Shown here in pieces: positions 29,835 through 43,709 of a stretch of DNA of 64,000 nt. Both the position numbers and the translations under genes were made by a program. The notes under the pieces were generated by a model. That model worked only from the letters and a program-made list of their open reading frames with translations, did no database searches and was not told the DNA's origin. Source of the stretch: the human T2T-CHM13v2.0 reference genome, Homo sapiens. Where the stretch lies: assembly GCF_009914755.1 (NCBI RefSeq), contig NC_060935.1; one strand, given 5' to 3'. The stretch's first letter is position 1; the number at the start of each line of letters is the position of its first letter.

Positions 29835-30073
29835 CTTTTTATCCCTCACCCTCCTTCCACCTGTTGCCCTGAATCCCCAAGGTCCATCGTATCATTCTTA
29901 TGCCTTTGAGTCCTCATAGCTCCCACTTGTGAGTGAGAACTCAGGAGTTTGATCATATGATGTTTGGTTTTTCATTCCTAAGTTACCTCACTTAGAATAA
30001 TGGTCTGCAATTCCATCCACGTTGCTGCAAATGCTACTGTTTCATTCCTTTTTATGGCTGTGTGGTATTCCAT

Positions 30074-30117
<44 letters not shown>

Positions 30118-30494
30118 CTACATTTTCTTTATCCACTCATTGATTGATGGGCATTTGGGCTGATTCCATATTTTTGCAACTGCGAATTGTGCTGCTATAA
30201 ACATGAGTGTGCAAGTATCTTTTTCGTGTAATGACTTCTTTTTCTCTGGGTAAATACCCAGGAGTGAGATTGCTGGATCAAATGGTAGATCTACTTTTAG
30301 TTCTTTAAGTAATCTCCACACTGTTTTCCATAGTGGTTGTACTAGTTTCCCACCAACAGTGTAAAAGTGTTCCCTTTCCACCACATCCATGCCAACATCT
30401 ATTATTTTTAGTTTTTTGATTATGGCTATCCTTGCAGGAGTAAGGTGGTATCACATTGTGGTTTTGATTTGCATTTCCCTGATAATTAGTGATG
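29835..30494 (-). mobile_element. L1PB-like ORF2 C-terminus/3'UTR fragment in antisense
   Basis: ORF 30118-30390 (-) [25 protein letters not shown] is L1 ORF2 C-terminus with L1PB-type residues. Confidence 0.85.
30075..30114. repeat. (GT)~20 microsatellite
   Basis: Direct reading. Confidence 0.97.
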
Positions 30495-30571
30495 AGCATC
30501 ACTATTCATCATGGAAATGCAAATCAAAACCACAATGAGATGTCATTTTACCCCATTTAGAATGGCTATTA

Positions 30572-30869
30572 CTATTATTATTTTTTTGAGACAGGGTCTC
30601 ACTCTATTGCCCAGGCTGGAGTGCAGTGGCGCAATCTCTGCTCACTGTAACCTCCGCCTCCTGGGCTCAAGCAGTTCTCATGCCTCAGCCTCCTGAGTAG
30701 CTGGGATTACAGACAGGTGCCACCACACCCCACTAATTTTTGTATTTTCAGTAGAGACAGGGTTTCATCATGTTGGCCAGGCTAGTCTTGAACTCCTGGC
30801 CTCAAGCCATCAGCCCACCTAGGCCTCCCAAAGTGCTAGAATTATAGGCATGAGCCACTGCACCCAGCC
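30572..30869 (-). mobile_element. AluJb/S
   Basis: Reverse dimer; TSD agaatggctatta. Confidence 0.92.
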
Positions 30870-31874
30870 AAGAATGGCTATTATTAAAAAGACAAAAAAT
30901 AACAGATGCTGGTGAGGATACGGAAAAAAGGGAACTCATATGCTGTTGGTTGAAATACTGAAGATTTCTCAAAAATCTAAAAATAGAAGTACCATATGAT
31001 CCAGCAATCCCACCGCTGTGTATCTATCCAAAAGAAGAGAAATCAGAGTAATTAAAGGCATACCTCCACTCATATGTTTATTACAGCACTATTCACAATA
31101 GCACAGATATGGAATGAACGTAAGTATCCCATAATGGACAAATGGATCAAGAAAATGTGGTACATATATGTAATGGAATGCTATTTGGCCATAAAAATCA
31201 AATTATATCACTTGCAGAAACATGGATGAAACTGGAGGTCATCATGTTAAGTGAAACAATGCAGGCACAGAAAAACAAATACCACACATTTTCACTCAGA
31301 TGTGGGAGCTAAGAAACTTGATGTCATGAAGATAGAGAATAGACTGATGGTTACCCCAGGCAGGGAAGAATGTGAGGGTGGGAAAGAGAAATGAAGACAG
31401 GTTGGTGAATGCGTACATATTTACAGGTGGATAGAAGAAATAAGTTCTAATGTTTGATAGCAGAGTAATGTGACTATGGTTAGCAACAACATATTGTATA
31501 TTTCAAAATAGCTAGAAGAGAGGACTTGAAATGTTACCAACACATAGAAATGATAAATACTCAAGGTGATGGATAACTCAAATACTTTAACTTGAGCAAT
31601 ACACATTCTATGTATGTAAAAAATACTCACATGTACCCCATAAATATGTAAAACATTATGTATCAATTAAAAAAAAAGAAAACAAAGTCTGTGTTATTGT
31701 TCATTACTAAGAAAAATATCTGACTGTGAGAATAGGTAGCTACAGCAAATGTGGAATTCCAGCTGGACAAAACCATGTCAAAGGACCAAGTGCTTTTGTT
31801 TTAGCCAAGAAGAACTGAAGGCAGTAGAACATGCCAGATTGGTGGCTTTGGCGTCTAGTGAAGGACAGTTCTTT

Positions 31875-32343
31875 CTTTTTTTCTCTCGACTTTTATTTTA
31901 TTTCAGAGGGTACATGTGCAGGTTTGTTACATGGGTAAATTGCATGTCACTGGGGTTTGGTGTACAAATGATCCCGTCACCCAGGTAGTGAGCACAGTAC
32001 CCAATAGGTAGTTTTGCAATTCATGTCCCCCTCCCAACCTCCTCCATCAAGTAGTCCCCAGTGTCTGTTGTTCCTATCTTTGTGACCAAATATATTCAGT
32101 GTTTAGCTCCCCCTTGTAAGTGAGAACACGCAGTGTTAAGTTTTCTGTGCCTGCTTAGGATTATGGCCTCCAGCTGTAACCACGTTGCTGCAAAGGACAT
32201 GATTTTGTTCCTTTTTATGGCTGTGTAGTATTCCTTGGTGTATATATAACTGCATTTTGTTTATCCAGTCCACCGCTGATGGGCATAGGCTGGTTATCTA
32301 TCTTTGCTACTGTGAATAGTGGTACGATGAACATACGAGTGTA
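31875..32343 (-). mobile_element. Old L1PA (PA13-16-like) 3' end
   Basis: gggtacatgtgcaggtttgttacatgggtaaattg; TSD tgaaggac(ac)agttctt. Confidence 0.85.
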
Positions 32344-33984
32344 TGAAGGACACAGTTCTTATGGCAGAATGGGTGATGGAGATCTCTAGGCAGGGAGCAA
32401 AGGTCAAAGGGCATACCCTCTTAAATTCCATGCCAGTGAAACTTCTCTCCAGTGTTCTCATGCTCCCACAAATTTGCTTGTTGGGATCCTCATCATCTAG
32501 GTTTTCAAATAATCATGAGTAAGGTCCTGTAGAGCATAATGGTAAGTGTCTGCTCTGATTGCCTGGGTGTCTGTTCTGATTATTTGGTGCCCATGGTATA
32601 CTGGTTGTCAAATGGCTGGGAATAAAGAAGGAATAAGGCAGAGCCTCATTTAGAGCAACCTGGGGTAGCTAGAAATAGGTGGCCTCTAATCAAAGCCTGT
32701 AACGTGGTTTTGTGCTATCAGCATCTTATTGACAACTTCAGGCCTTTTGAAATGTAAACAATTTGAGCAGATTTTAGCTGCGGAGAGCGCCAGAGAGGAT
32801 GCTTCTTTATTCATGATGTTTCCCTCCATATGGAAGGAGAGCTATTGTATAATATTCTTACCCCCCTCTCCTGGAGGGTGAGTGCCTCATGTGATCAGTG
32901 AGTTTCATATAAGAGATTGGGTTTGTATAGTTCTGCTCTGCCTTCTTCTTTGCTCCTTGGAAGCATAGGTTCTGCTCTGTTCTGCTCCTCTGTAATGTAG
33001 ATCTTAAAATTGGTCATTAAATTTGTCTAATTCTGGGGTTCAGTTTTAAGACCACTCACCTACAGGTATGAATCATGTTTTGCAATAAAAAGTTTTGTCA
33101 GCGATGCAGGTAATATTTTGCTCCCTATCTGCCTTGCTTCTATACCTTATCTCTTAATTCGTTGAGAATTTGCATAGGAAAGAGAGATGCTGTTTATTGT
33201 GGTCCTTAAAGACCTCAGCAGAGAGAAAACATGAAGGAAGTTGGCAGGGACAATTTGCCTAGCTTATCTCTTCAATGGGTCCATGAGCTGGGTTCACACA
33301 TCTCTAGCAAACTGATATCGTTAAGGAATGAGTGGGCTGTAACACTGGGGTGTGATATGTGATAAAGCCTTGGAGAACTCTGGATTCACAGTAATAATTC
33401 CTGATTGAAAGAGCAGGAGAATAGCTTCCTCCAGTTCTCCTGCTGAGACTTTGAGGAGGGGCTGCAATGACAATGAGAATGCACTTGGGCTGAATGTTGA
33501 AGTGTTCTGACATGACAGGAGAGAGGAGGCTTATCAAGGTCAGAAGAGGGGAGGTTTATGAAAGTGGAGGCCATCTGAAGATGGGAGAATCTCTGAGAAT
33601 TTCTGAAGATCTCCTGTCCCCACGGATCTATTACAGAACCACGGATGGGTTCCAGTTCTATCTCTGATAGCTCTGCTCTTTTCTTGAGGACACTAAGGAA
33701 CTCACTGGTTTGGGTTACAACTTGTATTCCTTGATATTTGTCTGTAAAGCACAGTGCTTAGTAGTTTGTAGTCTCAGCTGTTTTAATAATTCGTTTTCCT
33801 TTTGATAGGAAGAGCTTTAGGGAATGGGAGAAGAAACTGATGTTTTTGGACCACCAGAGTAGTCTGGGCACATTTTATTCCTTCCTTTTTAAAAATAGAC
33901 ATTTGTTAACCAGTCCTGGTCATTGTTGACCATGAGAAAATACTGTCTTGCCTCTGGAGGACTGGCTTTGAAGGCAGAGTCCCG

Positions 33985-34900
33985 TAAGTGGGGAGCAGTT
34001 AAAAGGTTTTAAGCAGGATGGTGACATGGTCAGACTCAGATGTAAAAACGAATTAGAGAGAAGCCAGGGAGATACATTAGGCAAAGGATCATACTGGCCT
34101 TAGCTAGGGCAGTGTTATTTTATTTATTCACAAATAGTTAAGTCCTATTATAGTACTGGAGACACAATGGTAATTAAGGTAGACAAGATATTTGCCTTCA
34201 GAGAGATTAAGAATAGAAAGATTAAGGAAGTATTTAGAAGATGGGTTTATTAGTACCTGCTCATTGATTGGATGTGTGGCCCACAAGAGGGTCAGAGATG
34301 ATTTCCTGATTCCTAATTTAGGTAAATGGATGAATAGTGGCGTCATTTACTCTAACAGTAACAGATTTGAGGAAGGATGCGGTGAGTCTGGGACCGTCTA
34401 ATACACAAGTTCAGGAGACTGGTGGGTGTACTGTTCTGAAGCTTAGGAGGGAGTTTCCTATAGGAGATGGAGATGTGAAGGCATGTATTCAGTCATTCAA
34501 AATATGTTTATTGTGTATCTACTGTGTGCTGGGCACTGTGTAGGAGGTGAGGATACAATCACAAGGAAAAAACATGGTGCCTACTTTTGCAGAGTTTATA
34601 GTTTAGGTGGGGGGATAAACATGAATGAAACAATCATACACATTATTGAAAAACTGCAACTGGGACAGTAGCTCTGAAGTAGAGGTGCCCAATGTTATGA
34701 GCCTAAAACTGGGGGATTTGGCTCTGGGAGGTCAAGAAGGGTTTCCCTAAGAAGACATTTCCAGAGGAAGGAAGAGTGGGAATGGTGTACACAAAGACCT
34801 TGAGGTCTGAGGGTTGTTGGTGAGGAAGAGGAGCTGAATAAAGACCAGTGTAGATACAGGACAAAGAGAGAGGAGGTGTGGTGTGGCTGAACCTCGCAAG
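33985..34900 (-). mobile_element. L2 fragments
   Basis: ggttttaagcagg..gtgacatggtcaga; cattcaaaatatgtttattg..tactgtgtgctgggcactg (L2a 3' end). Confidence 0.65.
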
Positions 34901-34985
34901 CCGGTGGCAGTGTTTTGTAACATTTATTGAGTGCTTATTTTGTGTCAGGCATTGTTTCCAAATACCTTTAACTTCATTTTATCCT

Positions 34986-35275
34986 TTTTTTTTGAGATGG
35001 AATCTTGCTCTGTCGCCCAGGCTGGAGTGAAGTGGTGCGATCTTGGCTCACTGCAGCCTCTGCCTCCCCAGTTCAAACGATTCTCCTGCCTCAGCTTCGT
35101 GAGTAGTTGAGACTACTGTCATGTGCCACCACGCTCAGCTGGTTTTTGTATTTTTGGTAGAGACGGGATTTTGCCATGTTGGCCAGGCTGGTCTCAAACT
35201 CCTGGCCTCCAGTGATTGGCCCACCTTGGACTCCCAAAGTGCTGGGATTACAGGCATGAGCCATCACACCCAGCC
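34986..35275 (-). mobile_element. AluS (part of a chimeric insertion in a MIR)
   Basis: Full reverse Alu; see finding at 34975-35373. Confidence 0.92.
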
Positions 35276-35568
35276 AGGAATCTTCTCAATTTTATGTCAC
35301 TATATCCCCAGTGCCTAGAACACAGCATGGCAAATAGTGAGCCTGAGCCACTGCGCCCAGCCCATTTAATCCTCTCTACCATCTTATGGGAGGTACTATT
35401 GATATCTCCATGTTGATTAGAGGAAGTCAAGACAAAAGGAAGCCAAGTAACTTGCCCAAAGACACAGCTAATAAGAGGCAGAGCTGGGGATTGAATTAAG
35501 GTGGTCAGGTTCTAGAGTCCAAACTTTTATCTAGTCCCCTAGACCATGTTAAAGAATTTGTTTTTTTT

Positions 35569-35890
<322 letters not shown>

Positions 35891-37093
35891 TCACCAGGAA
35901 GGTGACATGGTCATATTTGCTTTTTGACAAGATCACTCTGAATGCAGTTGTAGAGAAATGATTGGAGGAGGGTCAATGGATGGGCAAGATTGTTGAGAGG
36001 ATATTGAAGTCATCCAGGTGGGAGTTACAGCTTAAACTAGAGTGTGGGATATAGCTAGGGATAAATGAATCTGAGAGATGTTTGGATTTGGTGATGGACT
36101 GAAGATGTCAGTGTGAGGAGGAGAGCAGACTCAGGTTGGATTCTGAGGTCTCGGATATATACAATAGAACTGGCAGTTGAAGCTAAGAGAGATTAAGATG
36201 TGCCAGGGAGAGCGTGAGCTGTGAAATACAAGAGGCCCCAGGACAGATTCCCAAGGAAATTAATTTCCTATTTACTTCATGCTGCTTCTCGGTTCTAAGC
36301 TCTGATTTTTTTTTTTTTTTCCCATTTGCCTGGGAATTTTGAGGAACTTTGGGCCTGACTTGTGAGGAAGGAGGATAAAGGAGTCTGAGCTCTTATTAGT
36401 GATAGGATCCCACCCCCAGCCCACTTACCTGTGGTTGAACAGAGACCATCCACCCATGAGCTTTGTGTTGGAGACCTCTTGACGGGGGTGGTGGCTGTGT
36501 GTTCTTTCTCTCCTTTTTTCATCTGTTGCTTCTGGCCAGCTTTCTCAGGAGCACTTTTCAGCCAGTTGTAAGTAACAAAGCTTTGAGAGTACTTTTTGCT
36601 GGGAAGACTCCTGTCTTAAGATTCAACTGGCTTTAATTCTGACTCTCAGAGTTGAGGAATGTGCCTGCGGGAATGTGCCAGTGGGAATTTTTGATGAGAT
36701 CTCTCAGAGGCTGACCCAGCACTGCAAGTTTTCTCCAAGGAATGGCAGAGAGATCTTGCTTGGTGAGGGTGTCTGGGAACCCCTGAGGAGCAGGGATTCT
36801 CCACCAAATATGAGGCTAGATGTTCTTCACTTATAGTGTCCATCCCTTATGGGCTTCTATTTTCAGTTTAATGAACCTCAAAAGGCTCTGCAGACCAAGT
36901 GGTACACAGGGACACATGTCAACATAATCTCCAGGTCTCGCAGAAAGTGATTGAAAATGCTGGTGATGTCAATCATCAATACTTGTGTGTATTTGAACAC
37001 ATAGGTGTGGAGCTCTCAAATGTTATTTTCTTTGATCATCTGAATGTCCCTGGGAAACGTGCTTGGTAGTATTTTTTTGGAGATATCTGTGTG

Positions 37094-37096
<3 letters not shown>

Positions 37097-37127
<31 letters not shown>
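37097..37127. repeat. (AC)~15 microsatellite
   Basis: Direct reading. Confidence 0.97.
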
Positions 37128-37129
<2 letters not shown>

Positions 37130-38169
37130 ATTATACCATAATTGCTTCATTCACTTAACAATATTGAAAACGCATCTCTCCATCTCAAAAAAATCATTTC
37201 CCATCCTCTCCAAATAGCTCTATTGTCTTTGTAAAAGTAACACATGCTAGTTGTAAAAAAAAATTAAAGAAGATGGAAGAGAACCAAAAAGGAAGTAAAA
37301 TGTCACCTGAAATCCCACCACTACAGATAATGGGAGTCGATTATTGTTACTTTAGACATAAATATCTCAGTGTGTTCATGACTGTAATTTTCCATACACA
37401 GATTCATACTATACAAGCTATTCTGCCATTGACCTTCTCACTCAGCAAGATGTCATGAACATTTTCCCATATCAATAAATAGTAGCCTACATCATCATAT
37501 TTAATGGATGCATATTATTTTATTGTTGTATGTGTATCATTATTTACTTAACTGGTCCCCATCGATTGACAATAAGGTATTTCCAACTTTTCACTGTTAT
37601 GGATAGCTCTCTGATAGACACCTCCTGAGAGGAGGTATGGGGCCTGGAGTGCCAAGTCCAGTGAGAACATGATGTAGACAGACTGCTTTTCCCAGGTAGG
37701 TAGGAAGAGACTGTTCTCTCCTTGGGATCCTGGCACTTTGGGTGTTCACAGCCCTAGGGAAAATCACCAGGCAAAGAAAAGGGCCTTGTTAGGCAAATAA
37801 CTTGTTTGTGTAAAAGAGATGCAGTCCCTACACTACTGATCTGGGAGGAAGTCTCAACAGAAGAGGGACTGGATTGCCCATGTTTCCTGCAGGTAAGAGG
37901 TATTCACTTGGGAAAGACCCGCGGAATCTCACCTGGAGAGGTAAAGCAGTGCTGTGTCCTCCGACCTTCCTCACTGCATTCCAACCTGTACAAGTTGTCT
38001 GGTTCCCAAAAAAATTGGCCCCTTCATTGTGTCAATTGTCTTCTCATGAACATGCAACAACCTTTCAGCCTTTTTGTGGTAGAGTTTATGATGATGCCTA
38101 AGAGTCAATGTTCCTCCCTGCAGCTCTTGGATAAGAAGGGTTATACAGTCTCTTTCTTCATTTAAATTA

Positions 38170-38465
38170 AGCTTGGCCACATGATTGGGTTTGGCTCAGG
38201 GAGTATGAATGGAAGTAATTTGTGCCACTTCTGAGTATTGAAGCCTTAGGAGCCAACCTCTGGTTCCCCACTTCCCTTCTTTCCCTTCTGCTTTGACACC
38301 AGTGAAGTCCAAGGCATAGGTATTCTCTTACATCCTTTTGAGTCTTGGAGTGAAAAGCAGAAAGTTCATCACTGACTTATGGATGGACATTAACATGAGC
38401 AAGAAATAAACTTTTTTGCTACTGCAAGGCAATGAGATTTGGGTGTTGTTTTTTAATACAGCGGC
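38170..38465 (+). mobile_element. Old MLT1 (I/J-like) LTR fragment
   Basis: ggccacatga..tgtgccacttctg...gatggacat..catgagcaagaaataaacttt. Confidence 0.65.
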
Positions 38466-39175
38466 CTCCGTTGCCTGAAGTATTCTTCAAAGACAAACTT
38501 CTTTTTTAAATTATGACACCAGCTCTATCGTGACTATCAGATTGTCTATGCCTGTCAGTTAGAGTCCTTCCTGTCTCCCCTGTGGAACAGCTTCCTTGCA
38601 CTTACTGAGTCTGCATCTAGCTAATTGACCTATGGCAGTCATTTTGTTTTTAAATATGAGAAGGTTCTAGTTGTTAGTGGCAGGTCCTATATGAACCCAT
38701 TCTTGCAAACCCGATAGATAGTTGTTATGTTGCCATGAAAGTCTTGGATCACAATCTTCCCAGCTTACAAGTTCTTCCAAACAAACTTAATCGTTAGTAA
38801 GCAAGCATAGGCAGTCAACACACCTGTCTGTCATTAGGGGGTAGTTATTTTCTTTTCCCTTGGGTATACTGGCCAGCAAATCTTTCATGAAAAGCTCACT
38901 TGGAAGTGAAATGTTGATGTTTTACCATCAACATTTTACTGGCAGGATCCTCTAGGAAATAGAAAGATGCAGAACCAAAGGGCAGTGCATTTGTGGTAGA
39001 CGGGAAAGACAATATGCTATGAGCTTTTAGAGCTTGCTTGTGTATGGCATTGTGATCATTCTATTCTGAGTAGTGTGGGTCCATGATCTTAGATGACAGG
39101 CTCTTGAAGGAAAAAGGAAAACCCATCTAAAGGCTACATCAGCAGCCAAATGGATGTCCTTTATTGTCTTTGCAA

Positions 39176-39472
<297 letters not shown>

Positions 39473-39774
39473 ATCTTTGCATCTTTTTGATAAGGGCTAG
39501 ATTTACATTGGTGGGGTGAAGTCAAATAACCCAGAAAGCTGGAGTTGGAATAACTCTTGAGGAACATCTAGCTCAAAATGTCTGGGAGTGGGAAAAGAGG
39601 CCCAGAGAGGGGAAGGTGCTTGTCAAAAGTTATACACAGCCAGTGAAATCTGGGGCTGCAGACCTGGTCTTGACTAAATTTAAAAAAATCCTAAAATTTC
39701 TTGACATTACCATAGTAGTTTATTACTGTTCTCAGTTCTACTGGATGTTTTGTATCATTTTTGGGGGATACTGA

Positions 39775-40114
39775 CCGTCTTAGTCCATTTTGCATTGTTA
39801 AACAGAATATCAACCTTTGGACATTTATAAAGGAAAGAAATTTATTTTTCACATTTCTGGAGGTTGGGAAGTCCAAGGTCCAGGGGACCACATCAAGTGA
39901 GGACCCTCTTGCTGAGTCATGACATGTGGTGAGAGAGAGCAGGAGGGAGAGCAAGAGATCAAACTCATGGCCTCTAACCCTTTCATAACTGGTATTAATT
40001 CATTCATGAGGGTGGAACATAAACACCTCCTGTTAGTCCCCTCCTCCCGACATTGTTGCATTGCGGATTCAATTTCCAACACATGCTTTTTGGGGGACAC
40101 ATTCAGACCATAGC
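39775..40114 (-). mobile_element. MST-family LTR
   Basis: tcttagtccattttgc...gggggacacattcagaccatagca. Confidence 0.78.
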
Positions 40115-40415
40115 ACTGATTATTCCTGAACCATTCGGGGCATGGATAGGTTCTCTATCTATGGCAGTGAACTCTTCTCCAGCTGAAATGATTTCCCTGT
40201 TGCTCACTCTGTGGGACAGAGTTGTAGAAATATTCAGGATTATAACCAGGCAGAGTGTCACTAGTGAGAGGAACAGAAGTTTGTTTCCATAGGAACAGTA
40301 TAGTGGTTTTTAGAAATGATAAAATGAACTTGAGAATTGAGGTCATCTATGTCCACATACCTTAACTATTGGGACTGATAACTGAGACTTACTGTGGCAA
40401 TATGACTTAACTAAT

Positions 40416-40860
40416 TGTTACAGGAAATTAAGGCCTGGGAAGATATGGCTGTAAACCAATAAATAACTTCACTGTTTGCTTTTATCTGAACAATTTATAC
40501 GAACAAATAGTTTACTCCTCTGGGCCAACAGCTCTCCTATCAGGACAATAGATTACTCATCTGGACAAACAATTTGCTCAACAAACAATGGTTTTTTATT
40601 AATATTTGCTTCCAGGCACTTCCCTTCCTGTGCCTGTCAATCCTAAACTATAATGTCACAAACTTTGTCCAATCCTGTTACCTACCTTGAAAGAGTGACC
40701 TTATATCACTTGAGTCAAGACCCCCAAGTCCTATAAATATAGGACTTTTGAGAAAATACTGGGATTTCATCCAGGTGATATTTTTTCTTTCTACAGTAGG
40801 TCTAATCAATGTAGCTTTTGCTGGTCAATAGGTTTTCTGGTGGTGTTTTGAAGAGCTACC
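40416..40860 (+). mobile_element. Old ERV1-type LTR (MER110-like, uncertain)
   Basis: TG start, CCAAT-like boxes, TATA (ctataaata), degenerate polyA signal near the end. Confidence 0.45.
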
Positions 40861-41219
40861 AGCTGTCAATCTACTCTTTCCCCAGGGTTACTTGAGGGCA
40901 TTTTACATCCCATTTTTTTTTTTCCTGAGGGCATTTTGTTTCCTTTTTGGGCCATCTTTATTTCTCTAATGGTGATGATTAGAGTTGCCTTTATGAATGT
41001 AGTTTAGCTCATCAGTATATAGGGTCACTGATACTCCTAAGAGGGTTCATATAGTATGTCAATGTCAGTCTGAAAAGGCATCCTACATAGATCAGCTTTT
41101 CTAACTTCCTCATTTTGCACAAGGAAAAATTGAGGTTCTGGGACAAATCTCTTTCTGATTTTGGGGACAATGTTCAAGTTGGATACTTCAAGCAACATCA
41201 TTTCTTCTCCGAGCCCCTA

Positions 41220-41835
<616 letters not shown>

Positions 41836-42294
41836 AGTCCCGAATTTTTAATTCAATCAATAAATCACTGATTGCCCACTCTTGAAACCTTGTTTAAAGA
41901 AGTGGCCTCCTTTCTCGTTGTGACTCACAAAGAAAACTCCTTGCTGGCATTAAGATAGGACTCAGGAAGGAGCTGAGAAGGAGGTAAGTGGTTTAGGGAA
42001 TTCAGGCTCTTCGGTGGCCAGAGGGGTAGGGCCAAGGCAGTAGCACTGGGGGCCCTCCTTTCATTTTCTAATTCTTTTTGTTTCTTCTAGCCCATTTCTT
42101 TTTTTCCTGTTCCAAGTTGTTCTTCAGGTGTTGTGTAGAAAGTGAAAATTACTGGTGGGAGTCAGGACTCTCTGGGATTAATAGAAAGCTGGGCCCCAGT
42201 GGAAAATATGAGAGCAGCACTTTGGGTTTTTTTGAAGACAGTAGAAATGTAGACTTGTTATGGAATTTTCTGCAAAACCTCAAGAGGTTTTAGG

Positions 42295-42520
42295 CACTAT
42301 AGTAAAGTACGGACTTTGAAATCAGCTGGACCTGGCTACCAGTTATGAACTGTATATCACAGTCCAGTTAATTTATTGGACTCTCAGTTTCCTTATATGT
42401 GAAATAGATGTAACCTAGTCATAGAATTATTGTGAGAGTTAAATGAAATGGTATGTACGATGTGCTTCACAGAATTCCTGGCATATAACACATGCTCATT
42501 AAATATTAGCTATTCATTAT
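42295..42520 (+). mobile_element. MIR
   Basis: ctcagtttcct...gttaaatga...cctggcatata..tgctca. Confidence 0.7.
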
Positions 42521-42663
42521 CATTATTGAGAAAGCAAATTTTTCAGGAAGGAATAGTGTTTGATTGAGGCCCTGAGCCTTATAGAATAAAAACAACTGCT
42601 ATCCTTTTTATCATCTGTTGCCTGGAAGCCTAAAATTCAAAAAGGAAGAAGTGAAATATGTGC

Positions 42664-42674
42664 ATATATATATG

Positions 42675-42718
<44 letters not shown>

Positions 42719-42731
42719 CACACACACACAT
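42664..42731. repeat. Compound (TA)n(CA)n microsatellite
   Basis: Direct reading. Confidence 0.95.
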
Positions 42732-43577
42732 TCCTTACCCTCTGATTAAGTATAGTACCGCGCACAGTGCTCGTCTCAGGGGTAGATACAATGAAGGATG
42801 AGGTTTGATTCCTGCCACAGGGAGTCTGCAGTATAGCCGGGGCAGTGAGATACACAGCCAGATAACAGTAGTGAGCAGAGTTTTGTAGGAATGTAACTCT
42901 GCAGGAATAATTCAGCACTGTCCCAGTGACAAATGGGCTTCTGTCTGTGTGTTGTTCCTGGGAGTGGAGAGCTCATAAAAAAACAGGGACAGGTGAAGAA
43001 GCAGGTATTGGAATAATAGTAGGTTTCATTTTAGCTTCAGAACTGCTGCCTTTGGCCACTGCCTCTACTGATGCACAGGAGAGGTCAGTGTAGTCACCAG
43101 GATGTCAGAGGAATCTTCAAAAGATGCTTAACTCCAAGTAAACTTTGTGCAAAAGCAGGAGCCTTAAGGGATCTGGAAATACCTCTTTATCCTCAGTCTG
43201 GCTCCTCATGACCTCCAGTGGCCTCCAGGGCAAGGAATCCTATATATGTGTTGCTCCTCAAAGCACTATCTCTTGTCCTGACTTCATGTCTGACTCTGAG
43301 TTCACTCGTGATACTGCTTTTTTTGTCTTGACTTGGATTTTTAAGTCTTACCCCTCCTCCCCTGATATTTGGCTCTTGGCTTATCCTTGGTTTAGAGTCG
43401 CCACTCTGCTCTCTGAAATCTGATCAATTGTCCTGGTGCTGCCCTGCTACAGGACTAGAGTTTAACCCATCACTTGAGACTATGTGGAACAGAAGAACCA
43501 CCAATCCAAACCCTGATCAAATGTCTAACCCTCAGAATTATGAGAAATAACAACTCTTGTAGTTTTAAAACACTATG

Positions 43578-43709
43578 AAATCACTAATTGGGTACAATGT
43601 ATGTCATTCAGGTGATGGATATCCTGAAAGTCCTGACTTAACCACTGCACAATCTATGCAAGCAACCAATTGTATCTGTACCCCCCATAAATTTATATAA
43701 ATAAAAAAG
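43578..43709 (+). mobile_element. L1MA 3' tip inserted in an MLT1 fragment
   Basis: attgggtacaatgt..caggtgatgga..tgtacccc..ataaatttata; TSD acactatg. Confidence 0.75.

Noticed and set aside
37806-38180. Overlapping ORFs and splice-donor-like motifs on both strands
   Set aside because: No protein family recognised and no consistent exon boundaries.
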